A DNA stretch of 64,000 nucleotides from an uncultured Gammaproteobacteria bacterium. Its GTDB lineage: Bacteria > Patescibacteriota > Microgenomatia > UBA8517. The stretch lies in the NCBI GenBank assembly GCA_964599625.1, contig CAZRGC010000002.1, forward strand, positions 135,883-199,882, read 5' to 3'. Position numbers and translations under genes: made by a program. Numbering within the stretch: the first letter of the stretch is position 1; each line of letters begins with the position of its first letter. Of the stretch, positions 63,939-64,000 are shown one piece after another. The notes beneath the pieces were generated by a model. The model ran no database searches and was not told where the DNA came from. It saw nothing but the letters and a program-made list of their open reading frames with translations.

Positions 63939-64000
63939 TTGAGAAATTATATCACCAAGAGATTTTATGGAACGAAAGCTTAAGCATTAATCGGGGATTT

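Overview
This 64-kb window looks like a stretch of a small-genome, low-GC bacterium (roughly 38-42% GC over most of the window). Genes are short and densely packed with GGAGG-type ribosome-binding sites, and many products are ORFans or surface proteins with Pro/Thr linkers. A bacterial isopentenyl-phosphate kinase and an interrupted secE-nusG-rplKAJL ribosomal cluster, together with this overall pattern, make a Patescibacteria/CPR-like origin plausible; that is inference, not something I can show from the sequence alone.

Recognisable housekeeping genes:
- M16 zinc peptidase.
- ndk.
- mreB.
- WecB/TagA-family glycosyltransferase.
- ECF sigma factor.
- Isopentenyl phosphate kinase, trans-polyprenyl synthetase and uppS.
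- M32 carboxypeptidase.
- MsbA-like ABC exporter.
- rplL, rplJ, rplA, rplK, nusG, secE, rnhB and rpsU.
- gmd.
- MFS transporter.
- TagD-like cytidylyltransferase.
- Ddl-like ATP-grasp ligase.

Features that stand out:
1. A large serine recombinase with three cargo genes sits directly next to a tRNA-Arg(CCU).
2. A stand-alone RelA/SpoT-synthetase-like nucleotidyltransferase.
3. An exact ~70-bp structured repeat flanks a two-gene cassette on both sides.
4. A five-gene operon encodes a secreted 7TM membrane protein, three different ATP-grasp ligases (one fused to a retropepsin-like peptidase) and a small protein. This is probably a peptide-ligation or protein-tagging system.
5. Non-ribosomal genes are inserted inside the conserved ribosomal-protein cluster.
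6. An adjacent cohesin-like / dockerin-like surface protein pair.
7. A GC-rich (~50-55%) island carries four tandem, diversified paralogs that share a Zn-knuckle N-domain (W-x-P-C-D-C-G-N-P-x-C-x-R-P) and have unrelated C-termini. Three of the four carry a -35/-10 promoter and three a hairpin terminator, so they look like separate transcription units. Three tandem ~33-bp palindromic repeats precede the array.

I found no CRISPR array and no rRNA gene.
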